DNA of 64,000 nt, from NCBI GenBank assembly GCA_977017575.1, contig CDRNVI010000158.1, forward strand, positions 1 through 64,000. Direction: 5' to 3'. The DNA is from Paramoeba atlantica. Taxonomy: Eukaryota; Protista; Discosea. Positions 59,050 to 64,000 of the stretch are shown here, one piece after another (position 1 is the stretch's first letter; each line of letters begins with the position of its first letter). The translations under genes and the position numbers were made by a program. Below the pieces are notes generated by a model. The model was not told the DNA's origin, ran no database searches, and saw nothing but the letters and a program-made list of their open reading frames with translations.

Positions 59050-60137
59050 CCCCAAGTTCTCAACAATCTCACAAAAGAATTCTGGCAACACTGGAAACCT
59101 ACACCACAGCCTCCCGAAATCTCTCACAAATGTCAAAGACAACTTCTTTTTCATCTGTGGGGATGGATCTGTTGCACCAACCCAAATGGATGGTGTGTTG
59201 GAAGCTCATCACTTTGTGTTGTCCGTGAAAACAAGGAAATCGTCCATGTCGAAACAAGATGTGAACCTGTACATATCCGGATACAAGAAAGTCACTTCCT
59301 CCTAAGAGCTGCGCTTTTTGCCCGACAAATCATCCAAGATGGAGGGACATGCCAGATAATCACAGACTCAAATGATCTTCGATCCATCATCCAACCAGGT
59401 TCTCAGGACAAATTCTATGACACCCTTTCCTCCATCCTTCCAAGCCCTGAGAACCATATGAACTGGAGAAACCGTGAAAACAACTGTTTGGCAGACAAGA
59501 TTGCAAGTGAAGCAGTACACAGAGGATGCCCTGACAACACCTGGAGAATCACACCCATCCTCGACCCAGACCCAGAACACATCCAACAACTCTTCTTCAA
59601 TCATGGGCGCTCTACAACCCTTCCTCAAACAGAAGAGGAGGCAGAAGTCCACAAAGAAAACCAAGGCAGACCAAATTATTGAAGAGGTCAGAAAAGACAT
59701 CTCTAAGAAAGCTCCAATCCAAGAGTGGGTTCAGGGACCTCTCAGTCCCAGAAAACTGTGAAATTGCAAAGAACCTCTACCCAAGATCCAAGCAGGTGTG
59801 GACCCCACCAGATCAAGCTGAAATCCCTGACTGGAAACCAGCAATCCTCGAACAAGATGAGTTTCAATCCTTTGACTCACTCGATCTGGCCCTCCAGAGA
59901 CTTTCAAAAGGCCGCCTCTCAGGAATGTCTTATGAGTTTGTCACACTCCTATGCACAGACCAAGAACTCCGCTCAACCCTCAAGGAATTGACCATCTTAA
60001 TCACCAACCAAAAACTTAATGAAACCATACACAACATCATGGAACCCTTTGTCTTCATTCCTCTGGCGAAAGGGGACAAAGGGATCCGTCCAATTGGTGT
60101 TGCTGAAGTTCTCAAAGAGATGGGCAGCGATTGCGCT
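59050..60137 (+). mobile_element. Decayed non-LTR retroelement: RNase H followed by the N-terminus of a CRE/SLACS-type RT, truncated by Copia
   Basis: RNase H residues DGS (59162), E (59287), TDS (59365), NRENNCLAD (59494). RT start ..KGRLSGMSYE..FIPLAKGDKGIRPIGVAEVL/KRWAAIAL. At least 4 frameshifts. Confidence 0.7.
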
Positions 60138-60327
60138 TGTTCTTGAAGTCCCGTTGAAGTCTGAATTCACTGAATATTCCTTAAGACAAACAATGTTGAT
60201 CCACACCTTTAACATTTGCACCTTCACCGAACTTTCATTGAAATTGCAATGCAATTGTCACATTGCGATTGTTGTCGCAATGCCTCTTGAACACAAATAA
60301 TAAAGCATTCTTATTTTTCCCAATTCA
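60138..60327 (+). mobile_element. Probable 5' LTR of Copia element (190 bp, TG..CA)
   Basis: Starts TGTT where RT similarity ends, contains AATAAA, ends TTCA, and is followed after 2 nt by TGG. The partner LTR is outside the window. Confidence 0.65.
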
Positions 60328-60329
60328 AT

Positions 60330-60342
60330 TGGTCTCGAGGGT
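60330..60342 (+). promoter_or_regulatory. Candidate primer-binding site TGGTCTCGAGGG
   Basis: TGG (complement of tRNA CCA) lies 2 nt after the LTR end and before gag. Confidence 0.55.
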
Positions 60343-60395
60343 TTAACAGATTAGAAGTCAGCCTTCTTCATTTTATTTCGAAGTCTCAACAAGTC

Positions 60396-63300
60396 ATGGG
60401 GAAAGAAGACTTACTCCCAAAGTTCAAACCTGATGAATACCACGATTGGGCATTCAACATGTCTGCATTCCTCCAAGCGAAGAGTGTTTTTGGCGTGATT
60501 GATGAAGAATCGAACCAATGGGCGACCCAAACTGACCCTGAGAAAGCCACCATGCGGTCAAAGGCCTTCAACTACATCCTCCAGTCCCTTGGAAGTGACT
60601 ACAACTCCACTGCTCAAGGCTTCAACCACCAACAACCTCGACTACTCTGGCAAGCGTTACAGAATGAGTATTTTCGAAATACCACCCCTGATAAACTTGA
60701 ACTTGTGGAAGAATTCACAAATTTCAAACATATTGACGGAGAGGATGCCAACACCTTCCTCCAACGCTGGGACCACCTCAACAACCGTCTCCGGTCTGTG
60801 GGAGTTTTACATGACAATGAGACTCGCTTTCTCCGACTCCTCAAGGGACTACCTCCTTCATTTCAAGGTATTTATGACAACATCATTCTAACTGGAGGTC
60901 AAGATATAATGAATCTACGGAGAATTATTCGACAATTCTCAAGTCACCTTGGAGCACCACATGGATCTGTCCTCAGGATGGGAGGAAAGAAAAAAGGCAA
61001 ACTTGAGAAACTGAACTGCAACTATTGTCGTTGTTCTGGACACTTGCGCAAACACTGCAAAGCTCGCAACCAAGATGAAAGTCTTGGTTTCTACCTCCCT
61101 CAACGAGATGCACCATGGAGAGCTGTGATGGAGGAGAAGATTCAAGCACGGATCGACAAGGCAGTCCAAATTGCTCTTTCCAAATTGAAGAAGAAACATG
61201 GGAAAGAGGAAGCTGAGTTCCATCTGATGAATAAAGATGATGATGATGCCAACCCACTCGAAGAACCCCTTGATGATGGAGACTACAACTTTATCAAAAG
61301 AGCTTATGACGAACTCGATGATGATTCTGATGATGGCTTCTCCTTTTACACTCTCTTTGAGAATCACCTCCTCTCTCATTCTTCTTCTCGCTTCATACTT
61401 GATTCTGGAGCATCTGCTCGTGTAACTGGTAATTGTTCTCTCTTGAGGAATCCTCAAAAATGCTCTCGAAACTTCAACACTGGAAACTCTGAGAACCCCA
61501 TCACCTCGACCCATATTGGCTGTATTGAGTTCAAATCAACCACCAACAAATCCACCATCACGATTGAGAATGTGTACTACTGCCCCCAAACCTCTGTGAA
61601 TGTTTTGTCTCTTCAATCATTACTCCTCAATCTTGAAGCCTCTGCAAAATTCAAGGACAAAGAGTGTGTACTCCTTCGTGGTGGAAAGAAACTGATGGTT
61701 GCAACCCTTGAGAGTGATCACCTATATGCTGTTTCATCTCACACCCCAGATGAATCCGATGACAATAAAATTCTTTCTCTTTCCTACTCCCGCAATATCA
61801 ATTATTGGCACTCTCTTCTTGGTCATCTTCATCCCAAAGCGATTATCGAAATGGCAAAACACAATCTTGTTGATGGTATGCCCACAGATCTCTCTATGCA
61901 AGACTGGAAAAGTTGTCCAACATGTGCCCAAGGAAAATCGACAAAGCGAAAACGAAAGAGACAGGATGAAAAAGGAATTCCTCCTCGACAAGCCACCCTT
62001 CCTGGTGACTCATGGCACTCTGACCAGAAAGGACCCATCAATCCACAGTCAGCTCACGGAAATCGATATTCCATCCTCTTTGTTGATGAACACACTGGAT
62101 ATACTGAAGTATTTCACCTCTCCTCTCTTGATCAGACCCAAGAAACCTATGAGAAACATCGGAAAAGAGTGCAAACCCTCTTTAATCGCAACATCAAACG
62201 ACTGATATGTGATGGACACAGCACCTACAAATCCATGATCACCACACTCGAAAAGGAGGGAACCACTATCACTTTCCGTGCCCCTTATGACCCAAATGGT
62301 AATGCATTGGCTGAGAGGACGATTAGAACAATCTTTGAAATGGCTAGAACAATGATGGTGGCATCTGGATTACCTCAAAATCGATGGGAAGAAGCTGTTG
62401 ACCATGCTGTGTGGATTTGGAACAGAGTAAAGACAGTAAGACTCAACAACATCACTCCTTTTGAGGCTTATTTCAGAATGAAACCTGACCTTTGACACCT
62501 CCATCCTTTTGGCTGTCTTGCACATGCCCTCATTCCCAAGGAGACAAGGAAGAAAACTTTTGATCCCATCACCCGAAGATGTGTATTTATGGGTTTCTCA
62601 AAACATCATGATGCATTTCTACTCTTTGATACTGATAGAAAAAAAGAAGTTGTCTCTCGAGATGTGTTATTTTTCGATGATACATTTCCACTTGTACCAG
62701 AACCCTTTTCTTCTTCCTCTCTCTCCTCTTCCTCTTCTTCCTCTTCCTCTGCTTATCCTTCTCCTTCTTCTTCTCCTTCTCCTTCTCCCTCAAAGTGTCT
62801 TCTCACACCCAACATTGGAAGACACTCTCTCCGATCGTATGTCCCAAATATGGAAGCTACATCCAAATACAGCAGAATTTGCGGAACTGGGGGAGAAACT
62901 TTTGATAAAGGGGATGGGGGAGCTGACAAAATGGAAACTGACCACACTCAAGATGAGCAAAACTCGGAGCAGGGGGAGAAGAAACAACACACACCAACTT
63001 GTGATGATGCTTTCAGAGGTACTCCTCCTTCCTTTTCCTCTTCTTTACATCCTCCTTCTCCCCACCATTCTATTCCACCTCGACCTTCCACTCCACCACC
63101 AGAAATCGCTCCCAAGCCTATCTCTCTCGATGCTCTCCTTATCCATGCAATGGAAAATCTTCCTGACACTCCTACAACAATTGATGAAGCTCTCTCTGGC
63201 CCCAATAAAAATGAGTGGTTGAAAGGTCTCACACAAGAGTACAAAGGAATTGATCGACTCAATGTATTTCAGAAATCAACACCTGAGGAAAGAAGAATAT

Positions 63301-64000
63301 TTGATACAACACAACAAAAGGTTTTTTCGAATCACAACATTCTCAAGATCAAGACAGATGAATCTGGCAACATCGCTCGATGGAAGGTTCGACTTGTTCT
63401 TCAAGGATGTCATATGAAAGAAGGGATCCATTATGATAAGACATTCTCTCCTTGTACACACCTCGAAAGTGTCCGGATGCTCGTTGCTCTTGCCTCACAA
63501 AAAGGCTGGAAACTCACCCACACTGATGTACCCAATGCCTATCTGAATGGAGAAATGGAGAAACTCGTTTTCACACACCTTCCTCTTCACTGGAACAAAA
63601 TCAATGGGGATTCTCTGGGAAAAGATGGCGATGTTGTTGTACTCCACAAAGCCCTTTATGGAGCTCCAAATGCTGGAAGAGTATGGAACATCTGTATTGA
63701 CAAATATCTCAAATCGATTGGCTATGCCCCTTCTCCAAATGAACCTGCTCTGTACCATCATTCTAATGGATCAATTATTGCTCTCTGGGTTGATGACATC
63801 TTCATTACTGGTCCCAACAATGACCACATCACAGAGACTCTCGCGCAACTCTGCAAAGAATTCCAAGTCAAAACTCTCAGACAAGTCTCTTACACACTTG
63901 GTATCTCCTTCAAAGTCTGCAAAGATGGATCCTACTTCCTCTCCCAAACTGCTATGATCGAAAGCCTCGTGAACTCTCTTGGTTTGACAAATGCTAGAAA
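60396..64000 (+). mobile_element. Ty1/Copia gag-pol, open to the window edge apart from one TGA at 62493-62495
   Basis: Zinc knuckle CNYCRCSGHLRKHC, protease ILDSGAS, HHCC WHSLLGH..CPTC, integrase HSD..VDE..CDG..NALAER, RT KVRLVLQG..TDVPNAYLNG..KALYG..WVDD. Copia domain order (PR-IN-RT). Confidence 0.97.

Noticed and set aside
62509-63222. 237-aa ORF within Copia as an extra gene
   Set aside because: Alternative frame over the S/P-rich integrase-RT linker; the pol frame itself is open here.

Overview
Compact, AT-rich, intron-containing eukaryotic DNA, most likely amoebozoan. That is inferred from a Roco kinase, a Dictyostelium-like G-gamma subunit and a FYVE-pseudokinase-WH2 (slob1-like) gene; it is not proven. 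Left to right: a ~5.3-kb palindrome with two tail-to-tail RING/B-box/coiled-coil/NHL (TRIM-NHL-like) genes, one frameshifted; a 3' Gypsy relic with integrase tail, chromo-like domain, PPT and LTR start; two paralogous glycosyltransferase-like genes flanking a GT47 exostosin; KIN17; a small ankyrin gene; a ~10-kb Roco gene with a degenerate Roc GTPase; GT61; a secreted Cys-rich protein; a multi-TM orphan; TAF6; G-gamma; three little-characterised genes (one with a MYND finger); an array of 7 stand-alone SPRY genes whose repeat unit also carries copies of the last, calmodulin-binding exon of the convergent CaMK gene; CaMK; slob1-like; a 4-TM orphan; a sulfotransferase-like tandem pair; a PX-DH-PH-MORN gene; tRNA-Lys(CTT); a decayed retroelement with RNase H upstream of a CRE-type RT; and a nested near-intact Copia element running off the window. 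Exon boundaries were read by eye and are approximate unless stated. Best leads: the SPRY array with co-amplified CaMK terminal exons, the RNase H-before-RT element near a tRNA gene, and the Roco pseudo-GTPase.
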